A DNA stretch of 64,000 bases, from sequence record NC_070957.1; one strand, 5' to 3'. The notes below the pieces were generated by a model. It saw only the letters and a program-made list of their open reading frames with translations. It ran no database searches and had not been told where the DNA came from. The translations under genes and the position numbers were made by a program. Within the stretch, counting starts at the first letter, position 1; every line of letters starts with the position of its first letter. Shown here piece by piece: positions 18,242 through 28,874 of the stretch.

Positions 18242-19345
18242 ATGTCTTTAAGCTTATCCAATAAAGGTGCCGGTGGAACGACCTCTGATAAAACAGTTGG
18301 TGAGACACTCGGTCCCTACGAAGAGAGTATGGCTTTCTTCGAAAAGAAAGAAATTAAGGTTGATAAGGAGAGTGTTACTTTCCCTAACAAACTTTATGTC
18401 GATGGTATTGAATCCATCGTAACCAGTTTCGGTTCTGTTCAGGTTCCTCTTCGTCAATACCTGGGTTCCGAGAATGAACAAACGCTGGCTGACGACTATA
18501 GTGGTAATGAATCCCTCGGTGAAACACTGAAGAACATCATGAAAGCTATCATCCAGCTGGCCAAAGACGCAGTTGAGTTCGTGATGAACCTGATCAACAA
18601 TAAACTCACACGTCTGGATAACGCACTATTCCGTCTGAAGGGTCGTAGGAAGCGTCAAGGTCTCGCTGATAAGGAAGTTTCTTATCCCATTGGGGTAAGA
18701 CGTCTGATGATCCCTGGTAAGGTTTCCACTGGTCCTGAATGGATTCCTGCTTCTCTCACCGAAGTGAAGAAGTTCTATCAGAGCTACATCAAAACCTATC
18801 GTGATCTTACCAAGCTGATTTACATCAGTCCCGATCACTTTAGTCCTGAAGCTCACAACGAAAAGATCAATGCCATCATGCGTACTGATATGGGGATGAA
18901 CATCGCCCAGTCAAACAGTGATGGTTCTGATGCGTATCGTTGTGGTCCGATTCCGGGTAACCGTTATTTCTGCTTTGATAGCCGAAGCGACGTAAAGGCA
19001 GAACGGTCCAGCATCTACTTCACTGACACCACCATGGAAGTGAAGTTGCTGTCCAAGACCTTCATGGCCACAGGTCACGTTATCGATAAGACTATTGACG
19101 GTATTCAGGAGTTGATTGATGAAGTGCGAAAGAACCAGAAAACTGTTGGCGAGCTCCACCGCGAGTTCGAGAAGGCGGTTGTGGGTTTTGAGAAGAGAGA
19201 AGGACGAGCAGTCACAGCAGACCAGCGACACTTCCTCAGGTACCTCATCAATCATTCCAAACGTCAGTCCCAACTGACAGTCCAGTACGTCACCTCTGTA
19301 TGTGACATCGCCATGGACTTCTGTGACGCAGGTATCCGTAAATGA
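18242..19345 (+). CDS. Head/inner-body family protein, 367 aa
   Basis: SD AGGAGG; DGIESI and SGNESL sites then an amphipathic helix. Confidence 0.7.
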   Translation: MSLSLSNKGAGGTTSDKTVGETLGPYEESMAFFEKKEIKVDKESVTFPNKLYVDGIESIVTSFGSVQVPLRQYLGSENEQTLADDYSGNESLGETLKNIMKAIIQLAKDAVEFVMNLINNKLTRLDNALFRLKGRRKRQGLADKEVSYPIGVRRLMIPGKVSTGPEWIPASLTEVKKFYQSYIKTYRDLTKLIYISPDHFSPEAHNEKINAIMRTDMGMNIAQSNSDGSDAYRCGPIPGNRYFCFDSRSDVKAERSSIYFTDTTMEVKLLSKTFMATGHVIDKTIDGIQELIDEVRKNQKTVGELHREFEKAVVGFEKREGRAVTADQRHFLRYLINHSKRQSQLTVQYVTSVCDIAMDFCDAGIRK

Positions 19346-19878
19346 ACATAGAGATCTCTACGATTTGTCGTAAGCGATTGAAGCGTTCAGTGATTTGTCT
19401 GTACAACGACCTTACCGACGATACACTCGATGTCGCTGTCGATCCACTTACACTGCACAACCATAATGACTCGTGCATTCTGGTTAAGGACGGATTAAGT
19501 CACGGTGGGTTGTTGGTTGATAAGATCGACCTGAAAGATTTGTTCCCCGGTACGTTGGATATCCGACACTACAAGGGTCAAAACAAAGATCATCACCAAG
19601 TAGTGATGGACACGTCACAAGAGGGCCTGAATCGCTTTATAAACGATTTCTCCGCCAAACACGACTGTGACATGGTGGGTCTCAATCATCCTCTCCTGAA
19701 CGATCCTGTAAGCTATAGCAAAGAGTTGCTACGAAACTTTGTTCTGTTCTGTCGGTTGCATGGGTTCTGGGAACTCGATGCTGTTGATTTGAGCCTGCAC
19801 ATGGATGAGGAGAAACTCTACATGACCGTTGTCAAAACTCATCCGGTCTACACTGGTTCAATCGAGGTACTGATATGA
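19342..19878 (+). CDS. Hypothetical protein, 178 aa
   Basis: ORF track; 4-nt overlap coupling with neighbours. Confidence 0.6.
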   Translation: MNIEISTICRKRLKRSVICLYNDLTDDTLDVAVDPLTLHNHNDSCILVKDGLSHGGLLVDKIDLKDLFPGTLDIRHYKGQNKDHHQVVMDTSQEGLNRFINDFSAKHDCDMVGLNHPLLNDPVSYSKELLRNFVLFCRLHGFWELDAVDLSLHMDEEKLYMTVVKTHPVYTGSIEVLI

Positions 19879-20414
19879 ACGAAACCCTGAATCACGATTT
19901 GTTCCTTCTTTTGAAGCAGCAGCTTGTGATTGCCGAACTTGTCTCTCTCAATGCCGCGGTAAAAATCGACGGTATTGAAGTTGACATTAACGAATTGGAG
20001 AAGAGCATTGTTAAACTGGTTACTCAGATTGACCAGGACATGACTCCTCCCATTGCACTCTTGGCTGGACGTAAAGTGAAGGTCGATGTTCGTGGGCTGG
20101 CCAACGAGCTCTCTGATAGCCTTTCACGGTACTACGGGGGTCAAGGTGCATGCAATCCTGAACGTATCGCTTTCCTGGTCCACAAGTGTCCACGCAACGA
20201 TGAAGTGATCGATCTGTGTAACCTCGAAGAGTACTCTAACTACGACAAAGAAGATGTGACTACACTTCTTGTCCAGGTGACTCGCATCACTGATGCTGTT
20301 CGAGGTTTCCGCAAAGCCAATGAACGCTCATTGGGTGGTCTGTTGGTATTGGTCAACTTCATGCAGATTGTCGATATGGTGTTTGAAACCACCAATGAAC
20401 GTTATGGAGCCTAA
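19875..20414 (+). CDS. Hypothetical protein, 179 aa
   Basis: ORF track; ATGA overlap; SD GAGGT. Confidence 0.6.
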   Translation: MNETLNHDLFLLLKQQLVIAELVSLNAAVKIDGIEVDINELEKSIVKLVTQIDQDMTPPIALLAGRKVKVDVRGLANELSDSLSRYYGGQGACNPERIAFLVHKCPRNDEVIDLCNLEEYSNYDKEDVTTLLVQVTRITDAVRGFRKANERSLGGLLVLVNFMQIVDMVFETTNERYGA

Positions 20415-20416
20415 CT

Positions 20417-21358
20417 ATGGGTACAGTAACAGATTTACCACAACACAGTTGGGATGAGGACGATTATCCCGACGCAGCAGTGACTGCTTCCGATGACATG
20501 CCCACGGTATATCCTACTGAGGAACAGCGTGCCAGGGAAGAGCAGCAAGAGAGCGATCTCAAACACGCAGAACTCATCCTGGACGGTTACGGTGAGATGC
20601 TGGGCGATAAAGAACCTGGAATGGATATCTCCGGTAATGAAGCCTACGCCAGAACTTGTCTGGAGCTGAATGGCTACAGTGGCAATGAAGGGTTTGGTGA
20701 AGACCTCGCAGCCTCCGGCAAAGCCGCGTACGAGTCTCTCAAAGAAGTACTCAGTAACATCATGAAGTATTTCAAGGGTGACGGCAAGGCTCGCGCTGAA
20801 GCCGCTGAAGAAGGTAGTAAAACTGCTATCAAAGCCCTGGCTGAAAACGAGGATCGTTCAGCACCGATCAAGAAAGAGTCCGTACTCGCTAAGTCCGCAA
20901 CCTACGTCGCTAGCCTTCGTGAGACTCAGGTCATCGCTGCTATTCTCAGTAAGCACCCCGATCTCAAGAAGTCATTCGAGGACGTAGTTGCGGCAACTAG
21001 CCGGATTGACAACGCGCAAACCGTAGGTCAGTTCGGGGCTTGCTTGGAACTCATGTCCAGTAAAGCGGCCGCCTGTCTCGATAAGGTCCTCACACTCGCA
21101 GAAGAACAGCTCCGGAATGCAGACACAACTGTTTCCAAACTTCGTTCTCCTAAACGGGTTGGGGACACCGAACCCTCCGAGGTAAAGGCCGCGGCTAAAG
21201 CCGAACAAAAGGGTGTTGTTGATCAAGGCAAAGAAGCGGTAGCCGATGCTCGTAAGTTCACCTCTATTCAGAACACCCTTATCGGGTACCTGAACAAGAT
21301 TGCTGGTGCTGCCAACTCTGTTGCCAAGGTAAAAGCACCTTCCAAATTCAAGGGGTGA
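20417..21358 (+). CDS. Head/inner-body family protein (paralog of 828-1838), 313 aa
   Basis: Acidic propeptide; SGNEAY and SGNEGF; Ala/Lys-rich helical body. Confidence 0.7.
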   Translation: MGTVTDLPQHSWDEDDYPDAAVTASDDMPTVYPTEEQRAREEQQESDLKHAELILDGYGEMLGDKEPGMDISGNEAYARTCLELNGYSGNEGFGEDLAASGKAAYESLKEVLSNIMKYFKGDGKARAEAAEEGSKTAIKALAENEDRSAPIKKESVLAKSATYVASLRETQVIAAILSKHPDLKKSFEDVVAATSRIDNAQTVGQFGACLELMSSKAAACLDKVLTLAEEQLRNADTTVSKLRSPKRVGDTEPSEVKAAAKAEQKGVVDQGKEAVADARKFTSIQNTLIGYLNKIAGAANSVAKVKAPSKFKG

Positions 21359-22281
21359 TGATTGTGACCTTTACAGAACTGGTTGAACAGAATCTCCCTG
21401 AAGGTCACTCCCTTTCGAGAATCTATTCCGTGAGCAAGACCCATTCCGTATTGGAAACACACCAAGACGGGATCCCACATGAATACATGATGGAAAAGCT
21501 CGACATCTCCGAGTTGTTCATTATGCCTCCAGTGATAGGTCTTCCTCATGCAATAAGTCGCGACTCTCTTTATAACCTGATGTCAGAACGTTTTGACCTC
21601 GGGTTGGTAAAGGGGATTGATTACTTAGACGGGACCATGCAACAAGTAACTGATGACCCGATGTATGTCACGCTGCCAATACATGAAGACAGTCACGGAT
21701 ATACCGGTGAACTTCGGTTCTACGTTGTTAACGAGAAACGGTCCCTTTCAGGTAATCTGAAGCGTCGCGATCTCACTGGCTGTGATCACACCATCGTTCT
21801 CAATGACTTCAAACTCCGGACCCTCCTTGTGTCCAAGACTTGGGGTTATGGATCTGAAAAACGGATGTTCTCTTTTGAGACACTCTCGGGTTACTTTGTT
21901 TCCCTGTTGATGACCGCTATCAAAGAAACATTCGGTGAAGAACAGGATGTAGTAGAAGAAGGTCAATTCACTCGTGGTGTAGTGACAGGATTGTTAAATG
22001 ACGGTCTTTCCGACATTGCAATCTTCAAGCTCTATAACGGTGTTGAATACCTGATTCGTTTCTCTTCTCCTAAAGGGGATTTACCACTTCACTTAAAAGA
22101 AACTGAAGACGCAAACTTATTGGATGAGAACTCGAAAGAGATCTTAGCCGGGAGTGTGGAAAGAATCGGGAAAAGTGAGGGGGAAGAAACTATTACTACA
22201 GAGGAGGAAGAGATAGCGATAGCTATTGATGACGACTTCCTTATTCCTTCTTTACCTCCGAAGGAGAATACTCCTAGTTAG
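21355..22281 (+). CDS. Hypothetical protein with acidic C-terminus, 308 aa
   Basis: ORF track; GTGA overlap with the upstream stop. Confidence 0.6.
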   Translation: MMIVTFTELVEQNLPEGHSLSRIYSVSKTHSVLETHQDGIPHEYMMEKLDISELFIMPPVIGLPHAISRDSLYNLMSERFDLGLVKGIDYLDGTMQQVTDDPMYVTLPIHEDSHGYTGELRFYVVNEKRSLSGNLKRRDLTGCDHTIVLNDFKLRTLLVSKTWGYGSEKRMFSFETLSGYFVSLLMTAIKETFGEEQDVVEEGQFTRGVVTGLLNDGLSDIAIFKLYNGVEYLIRFSSPKGDLPLHLKETEDANLLDENSKEILAGSVERIGKSEGEETITTEEEEIAIAIDDDFLIPSLPPKENTPS

Positions 22282-22311
22282 AAAAGAGAAGAAGAAAAGA
22301 TAATACAATAC

Positions 22312-22344
22312 CTCTCCTCACCCCTTTCGGGAGTGAGGAGAGTT
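22312..22344 (+). terminator. Probable intrinsic terminator
   Basis: CTCTCCTCACCCC-TTTC-GGGAGTGAGGAGAG-TT with a bulged A. Confidence 0.7.
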
Positions 22345-22388
22345 ATGTTTGTTAAGATCTTATGGACTTGTTATAAAGAGGAAAGGAT

Positions 22389-23939
22389 ATGATCAAGGTA
22401 CGTATTCCCTCTGCTGAGTCATACAAGATTTCAACCAGACCTGCTGCATACGCTTCTTTGAAGCAAGCACTGGACTATTTCCATTTGTTGAAGCAAGGTC
22501 AGAAAATCTACTTCAATGGGGAGGCTGAAGTCTCTAAGCTCATCGGTGGTGAGTTCGATAATAATCGAGGGTCTGATATACAAACAGACGTCGGTTATGA
22601 CGACAAAATCTTTATTGAGTTTGAAGTAGGAGAGAGTGAATATAACGATGGATTGGACAGTGCTGATTTTGACGCGCAAACTGTTCCAACCATGTGGACT
22701 GATCCCCAGACTGGTTCTTGGATTCGTCCTGTATTCAGTGGGCGTAAGTGCGAAGTAACAGTGAACAAGTTCTTTAAGGACCGAGTTCAAGCACAACGTT
22801 ACCAACACGAGATACGCGATAAACTGAACCAAAAGGTTTTCAATACACTCTTCGACGTACAGACTCATTATCCATTAACCGTAGACATCCTGGAATGTTT
22901 CCAAGAAATCTACAACCGATTGAACAATGTTGGTGAGATCGCACCTGAACACAGTAACTTTATCAAATGGTTCTGTGCTAAATCAGAAGTCCCTTACGAC
23001 TTTATCTCCAACATCATCGGAAATAACACGGTATTCGCATTCAAGCAAGAGTCATCTGAAAATGGACTCAACTACGGGGTGGTCAACATCGCCGCAGTGA
23101 ATAAAGGTGCTTATATCGGGAAGTACGAAGTGAGTTGGAGTTATTCCTTCTATTGGAATATCCACACCCACTGGGATCTTTGTTTCCCCATCCAGGTATG
23201 GCAACAACCCATGCCGCATGAATATCTTCCCGATCTGTTTGTTAATACCAAGTACGAGTACGCAAGCAGAATGTTCATGGAATCCAAACTGGCTAGCCAG
23301 ATCTTTGATTACCGGAAGAGTTCTCCAATCCAGTACCACGCGCTCCCATCACAGGACAACTGGCGTCCACCCGTTACGTCTTGGGTTTCTCCCCAACTCC
23401 AGGTATTGGTGTGCATGGAAGATGTTCCTGGGGAACAGGTCATACTGAATATCAAAGAGATCCATGGTTTCACTTGGAACCAGGAAATACTCGATTGGAT
23501 CATGAAGTTTAGAACCAAGGTGACACGGCGACATGCCAACCCACTCCAGTTCAAACTGTACTCTAACGAAGTGGAGGTCAAGAATGACCAACTCGAACTC
23601 AGAGAAAACGGAGATCTCGTTCTCCTACGACCGGCTACTCTTGGAAACATCTATCGGCTTACTTTCAACCTCGATTACGCCCTTCGTCTTTATGATGACG
23701 AGTGTCGTGACGATCTTGTAAACAATCCTGATTGGTGTGAATGGATTATCGGAATCCTGTTCCCCAATTACAAACCTCAACCTGGTTTCGGTGATGACGG
23801 TGTTTGGGATTGGTGGGAGATACACAACGACATCGATGTGGGTGACGGTGAAGAGGTAGATTTCTTCGAAAGAGGAACTATCGGTGCACTTATCATTGCA
23901 CATAACCGTGATGAGACTAATACCCGCATTTGGTATTAA
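22389..23939 (+). CDS. Virion structural protein (phiKZ gp098-like, neck/tail), 516 aa
   Basis: ORF track, aromatic beta-rich sequence, synteny. Confidence 0.55.
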   Translation: MIKVRIPSAESYKISTRPAAYASLKQALDYFHLLKQGQKIYFNGEAEVSKLIGGEFDNNRGSDIQTDVGYDDKIFIEFEVGESEYNDGLDSADFDAQTVPTMWTDPQTGSWIRPVFSGRKCEVTVNKFFKDRVQAQRYQHEIRDKLNQKVFNTLFDVQTHYPLTVDILECFQEIYNRLNNVGEIAPEHSNFIKWFCAKSEVPYDFISNIIGNNTVFAFKQESSENGLNYGVVNIAAVNKGAYIGKYEVSWSYSFYWNIHTHWDLCFPIQVWQQPMPHEYLPDLFVNTKYEYASRMFMESKLASQIFDYRKSSPIQYHALPSQDNWRPPVTSWVSPQLQVLVCMEDVPGEQVILNIKEIHGFTWNQEILDWIMKFRTKVTRRHANPLQFKLYSNEVEVKNDQLELRENGDLVLLRPATLGNIYRLTFNLDYALRLYDDECRDDLVNNPDWCEWIIGILFPNYKPQPGFGDDGVWDWWEIHNDIDVGDGEEVDFFERGTIGALIIAHNRDETNTRIWY

Positions 23940-23948
23940 GGATACGAA

Positions 23949-25244
23949 ATGGCACAGACGATCATTGGGGCTACTCCGGCCCCAAAGCGTGAAGAACGCG
24001 CAATGGATCCTGCCTACAAGCACAGCTTGGTAGAATCCAGTTATACCCCGCATACTAGTATGCTCTCCTTCGTTTCTGGGGAACCAACTCTCACTGAGTA
24101 TTACCGTGGGAGTTACGCACAGGACGAAGAACAACATAGTTTCGAGCCACAGTCCATACAGACCTACGCTTCGTATAAGCGGATTAACCATCTCATCATG
24201 AAACTGAACGTGGGTGAAAACTTCATGTTCGATCAGGTGACTGGTCAAAGTTCCGTAACAATCACCGGATACGTTCTTTTCGACCTCACCCCTAACAAGG
24301 GCGACTTGTTCATTAAAGACGTGGGTGATGGCCGAGCCGGTTTGTTTACCCTGGTAGAGCAGCCCGAGATCTACACCGTTACCGCTGACAAGTGTTACGG
24401 TATCGAAGCCAGAATGATCGGGTTTGTTACTCAAGCTATCATGGACAACCTCAACAGTAAAGTGATTGAGGAACTGTGGTATCAAAAGGATATGGCTGTT
24501 GCTGGTGGGAATGCTATTCTCTCCACGATGGATCACGATTTGAACAAAGAGCTTTACTCTGCGCAAATCGCTATTGTGGAAGACGTGCTCGCTAACCACT
24601 ACTATTGGGATGAGGACACCATCGCAATTCCCAATGACGAAGAAGACCTCCTCTACGATCCCTACCTTGCTAAATTCCTGAGTTACGTCATTCCGACGAG
24701 TCTCATGGGTCAACGCAAGAAGATCTGTTTGCTCAGTGTCAACTATTGGGTAGACAACAGGAAGATGCAAGAACCGCTCACTATCTGGGATATGTTCTAC
24801 CGGAACGATTTCAGTAACCCTGCTAGGTTCAAGCAGGACTTCTTTGTTCATCCGCGTAACAGTCTGTTGAATGCGAGAACGTATGGTTCAGTATTCTTCT
24901 CGAAGTTTGACAGAGCGATTGTCATTCATGAAAAGGCGGCACGGCGTGACGCTTACAAAATGAATGGTGCCATGTTCGCAATCGGCCCGTCCCCGACCTA
25001 CTCCACCACACCGGGTGAACCGTACAGCTATTACTTTAGCGATGAGTTCTACGAGGGCAAATCCACTAATGACAATGAGAAGTTTGTCTGGGATATGTTC
25101 AAAGACAAAACGGTGGATAAGAAGAAACTGTTGGAAGTACTCAAGGGTTTCTGGTCTATGGACGAGAAAGATAAGCTTTACATGAGCGGGATCTATCTAT
25201 TAGCCATCAGAATGGCTCTGGTGAAATCTTCTGCTTATGTATAA
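23949..25244 (+). CDS. Virion structural protein (phiKZ gp099-like), 431 aa
   Basis: ORF track, synteny. Confidence 0.55.
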   Translation: MAQTIIGATPAPKREERAMDPAYKHSLVESSYTPHTSMLSFVSGEPTLTEYYRGSYAQDEEQHSFEPQSIQTYASYKRINHLIMKLNVGENFMFDQVTGQSSVTITGYVLFDLTPNKGDLFIKDVGDGRAGLFTLVEQPEIYTVTADKCYGIEARMIGFVTQAIMDNLNSKVIEELWYQKDMAVAGGNAILSTMDHDLNKELYSAQIAIVEDVLANHYYWDEDTIAIPNDEEDLLYDPYLAKFLSYVIPTSLMGQRKKICLLSVNYWVDNRKMQEPLTIWDMFYRNDFSNPARFKQDFFVHPRNSLLNARTYGSVFFSKFDRAIVIHEKAARRDAYKMNGAMFAIGPSPTYSTTPGEPYSYYFSDEFYEGKSTNDNEKFVWDMFKDKTVDKKKLLEVLKGFWSMDEKDKLYMSGIYLLAIRMALVKSSAYV

Positions 25245-25259
25245 CAGAAGGTATTAAGA

Positions 25260-25928
25260 ATGATCTACGAGCGCTACAACGCCGTTAGGAAGCGTTTAAT
25301 CGAACTCCATAAAGCAATGACCAAATACACCTATGACGTCGTTGCTCCCCCATCTGCTTTTATGCAGATGGAAGAGTTGAAAGATACGGTTGCACGTGAA
25401 CGGTACAAAATCGGATTGGACCGATTAGGTGATTTGGTTGAACGACCAATGACTATCATGAAAATGGCTTCTGCAATCTCCATTAATGGGGATGACAGCC
25501 AAATCCATTTCAGATGGCCCAGGAGAGACATACCGGATATTTACGAAAACATCCAGGAGTACATCAAGCTGTGGTTGGAAATCAAAACTGACTACGCTTG
25601 GTTGAAAGCTGCAAGCCTGGAAGAACTCGAATATCTGGAAGCAGTTGCAAAGTTTGTCTTCGGTCCCTATAAAGAGTATCGCGCAGGAAAGATCAACAAA
25701 GAGATCAATCGTGGCGGTACTGGTTCTGACCTCCTGGATGCGTTGACAGGCGTTTGGATGCTCGGTGAGGAAGGTATGCAAGAGATCTCCTTTGTTAGTC
25801 ACATAGCGCTTTACAGAGAGGCTAATGGGATCAGCAAGGGCATCAGTACCAACCTCGGTCATTCTGAGACCCTGGAATCCCTGCTTCGCGGAAGTTCGTT
25901 TGGCGGTGGTATGAGCGGACTGGTTTAA
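25260..25928 (+). CDS. Hypothetical conserved-position protein, 222 aa
   Basis: ORF track; operon packing. Confidence 0.55.
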   Translation: MIYERYNAVRKRLIELHKAMTKYTYDVVAPPSAFMQMEELKDTVARERYKIGLDRLGDLVERPMTIMKMASAISINGDDSQIHFRWPRRDIPDIYENIQEYIKLWLEIKTDYAWLKAASLEELEYLEAVAKFVFGPYKEYRAGKINKEINRGGTGSDLLDALTGVWMLGEEGMQEISFVSHIALYREANGISKGISTNLGHSETLESLLRGSSFGGGMSGLV

Positions 25929-25938
25929 GGGGATTTAA

Positions 25939-27291
25939 ATGTCAATGAACGTTCTGGTAAGTAGCTTGTTACAACAGGCTAAGATTACCGCCAAAATCTC
26001 CGGTAAGATAGCTGATAGCACGACACTCCGTGCTATCTTTATCACACCAGTTGCACAGCACACCGCTATAAAGGTACTTCAGCATACCAGACAAGCCGAT
26101 TTCATTTCTAACAGAGCTGAATGGGTTGGGCTCACAGTCCAACTCCAACCTGGTGTTTACCAGGATAAGATACTCCCATACAGAGACGATCTCCGTGTCC
26201 AGGTTATCTCCTCAACAGAAACAGATGTGAAAATATCTGAGTACGTTGCGGTCCCTCTCAATAGTGACGATCCCAGAGTGATGAGCAATACAACTGTCAA
26301 TGCTGATTTTTCAGCGCAGGACTCCGTTGCATTGCAAGAATTCCAATTCCAGCTTATCGATCCTGGGTTTGCTAAGTTGAAGAACTTGGAAGTAAGTGAT
26401 AACTTCCCAATGAGCAACGTTGCGGATGTGATCAGAATCACGATGGAGGAGAATACACAAAAGGTCGGTCTGGAAGGGAAGGAAAAGTATCGTGGACTCT
26501 ACATGGTAGAGCCTGTGGACAATGTGAATAAGTACCGACAGATCTTGATTCCTAGTGGAACAAGACTGATCAACCTTCCATTGTTTATTCAGAACCACCC
26601 TGAGTTTGGAGTTTACAGTCGTGGGTTAGGTTGTTTCTACAAACAGAACTATTGGTGGGTTTATCCCCTCTTCAATACAAGTCTTGTGGACGTACACCAC
26701 CGACCTATTGACCTCATCAGGATGCCAAGGGACAAAGCCCCTACACTTGATGAAACCTTTTATGTTTCTGATGTGGCACTCACTATCATCTCAACTGGGG
26801 ATGGTGAACATAGTGATACGGCCGACATTACGAAACAAAATAAAGGCGTTGGTTCAAGGATCGTGATGGGTGACGCGATCTCTGGTGATGCAGGGTATCA
26901 TTACTCTAAAGGACAGGCAATCACTACACGTCAAGAAACGATACAAGAGTATAAGCTTTCTGATAGAAAGGATGGGTCCGAATATACTCCTTTGGATCTT
27001 AACCCAACCGGTAACGTTTGTCGGGCAATGACCAATAACTCCATCAACGAAGGTGAAGTTATTACCGTTGAGTGGCATAACGGAGACATTGGGTATCTCG
27101 AACCAGGTCATCCATTGCGTTACCAATACATATCTTCAGAAGGTGGGCTCACCACTCGTAAAGGTGTGCTTCTCGGATATCGTTGTGATTACGTTCCTAT
27201 CACTGGCGGTCCATTACCCAAGATGAAGAGGACTTGTGTGCTCACAGTGTTCCTCAAGCGTCAAGAACGGTATAAAGCTCCACAGGAATAA
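25939..27291 (+). CDS. Virion structural protein, probable baseplate hub (phiKZ gp101-like), 450 aa
   Basis: Size, beta-rich pattern and synteny; T4 gp27-like role is inference. Confidence 0.55.
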   Translation: MSMNVLVSSLLQQAKITAKISGKIADSTTLRAIFITPVAQHTAIKVLQHTRQADFISNRAEWVGLTVQLQPGVYQDKILPYRDDLRVQVISSTETDVKISEYVAVPLNSDDPRVMSNTTVNADFSAQDSVALQEFQFQLIDPGFAKLKNLEVSDNFPMSNVADVIRITMEENTQKVGLEGKEKYRGLYMVEPVDNVNKYRQILIPSGTRLINLPLFIQNHPEFGVYSRGLGCFYKQNYWWVYPLFNTSLVDVHHRPIDLIRMPRDKAPTLDETFYVSDVALTIISTGDGEHSDTADITKQNKGVGSRIVMGDAISGDAGYHYSKGQAITTRQETIQEYKLSDRKDGSEYTPLDLNPTGNVCRAMTNNSINEGEVITVEWHNGDIGYLEPGHPLRYQYISSEGGLTTRKGVLLGYRCDYVPITGGPLPKMKRTCVLTVFLKRQERYKAPQE

Positions 27292-27297
27292 CATACT

Positions 27298-27331
27298 AGC
27301 TAGAGCTACCCCACGGGGTAGCTCTAGCTTT
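27298..27331. terminator. Bidirectional terminator
   Basis: AGCTAGAGCTACCCC-AC-GGGGTAGCTCTAGCT-TT, long perfect stem between convergent genes. Confidence 0.8.
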
Positions 27332-27338
27332 ATCTTAG

Positions 27339-28874
27339 TTACATTGCATCGAAATCGTCACCACCACCCATTGCTTCACTACGGTGTTGCAAACTCTTAC
27401 GGAACATTTTCTTTTCCATGTTCACATCATGAACAAGACCATTGACCGGGTCGAGCGGATAGATAAAGAACCTGGCTGATTCAGGAGAACCCTCACCACG
27501 TTGTTTACCTACATATGCTGTAAAGAAACATTCATCGTTACTCATTTTAGCAACGTGGAATGTCAACTCTACGTCAACCTCGTTAGTAAGCTTGGTTGAA
27601 CCTTCGGTCATTGATTTACCACCAACTTCCCGAGCGAAGTAAATTTCAGAGTCATCATCAGACTCACGAATGAACTTCTTGGCGTCAGGGTTCAACTGGT
27701 GAGGTGTGAAGAACGCAGCACCACGAGAAGTAAAGAAGTTACGAGCACGGCGATACAAATCCTGGAGTTTATCAGAACGGGATTCACCCTGGGTACCTTC
27801 CAAGTCAGCCATGGCCAGATAGTCATACGCAGCAACGATGATTTCATGACCTTTCATCTCGAGGTCACGAGTACGTTGCATGATTTCGTAAATGTTGTCA
27901 TGACTGGGGTTGACGCGATAGAACACAAAGTTCCAACCGTTCTCCTTGAAACCATCGATGATAGCTTCTACCACTTCATCGGTAGTTGCCGAGAAGAAGT
28001 CGGGTTTAGTCCCTGTCTTAGCAGTACCAAACAACTCGTACATACGTTTGAAGATCAAACCAAGCGAATCCTCAGCCGACATCAACAGAACAGTTGGAAT
28101 ACGAGTCTTGTCACGAAGCATCGGTCGATTATACAAAGGAACAGATGCTAACAGGTGAGCCAAACCAAAAGACTTACCACGGTTAGTCAGTGCGTTGATG
28201 AGATACATCAGACCACGCCGAATACCACAGTCCGGATAGAGAGCTTCGTTCAAACCGGCAAGACCGGTTTTCATGATACCTTCCGGAGAAGTTTCAACCT
28301 TCAACTGGTTGATAACATCTGCGATAGCGGTAGGATCGGTGTTACTCGCTTTCTCGACTACAGCCCTATCGAATTGAGAACCAGAATCAGCAATCCGTGC
28401 CGAGATCAATTCACTGGCTTTGATCCAGTCCTCTTTACTTACATCCATTTCACCTTCGAACATGAATGGACGGAGGAGCTTCTTGAGTTCAGTCTGAAAC
28501 TTACTCTTTACATCAAGTTCCCTCAACTCCTTAATAATTTGAAAGATGAGCTTACGTGCTACATCTTCCACCATCTCGTTGTCACACGCTTGGTTTAAGA
28601 GTTTACCAAGAGATTCGTCAAGGAAAACAATTTCCGCTATCTTGGTTGGGAGCAGGGATGTTATGACATCCGAATCTTTTGGCTGTTCAAGCATCCATTG
28701 CAGGAGTTTGCGCAGCAGAGCTTCAACTTTCTTATCCTGGACCACCATGCTTTCTTTACTGTGTGGTACCGCTTCCGCCATGATCATCAGCTCGTTCATC
28801 ATATCGCGGTCTTGAAGACGATATGCTTGATACATTGCTGTAAAAATCTTGGCAAGGCGAATCAGGTTATTCAT
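27339..28874 (-). CDS. dnaB: Replicative DnaB-like (SF4) helicase (phiKZ gp118-like), 511 aa
   Basis: Walker A ALTNRGKS, catalytic SAED, Walker B AAYDYL, FTPHQLN, arginine-finger KQRG; SD TAAGGAG. Confidence 0.9.
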   Translation of the reverse strand: MNNLIRLAKIFTAMYQAYRLQDRDMMNELMIMAEAVPHSKESMVVQDKKVEALLRKLLQWMLEQPKDSDVITSLLPTKIAEIVFLDESLGKLLNQACDNEMVEDVARKLIFQIIKELRELDVKSKFQTELKKLLRPFMFEGEMDVSKEDWIKASELISARIADSGSQFDRAVVEKASNTDPTAIADVINQLKVETSPEGIMKTGLAGLNEALYPDCGIRRGLMYLINALTNRGKSFGLAHLLASVPLYNRPMLRDKTRIPTVLLMSAEDSLGLIFKRMYELFGTAKTGTKPDFFSATTDEVVEAIIDGFKENGWNFVFYRVNPSHDNIYEIMQRTRDLEMKGHEIIVAAYDYLAMADLEGTQGESRSDKLQDLYRRARNFFTSRGAAFFTPHQLNPDAKKFIRESDDDSEIYFAREVGGKSMTEGSTKLTNEVDVELTFHVAKMSNDECFFTAYVGKQRGEGSPESARFFIYPLDPVNGLVHDVNMEKKMFRKSLQHRSEAMGGGDDFDAM

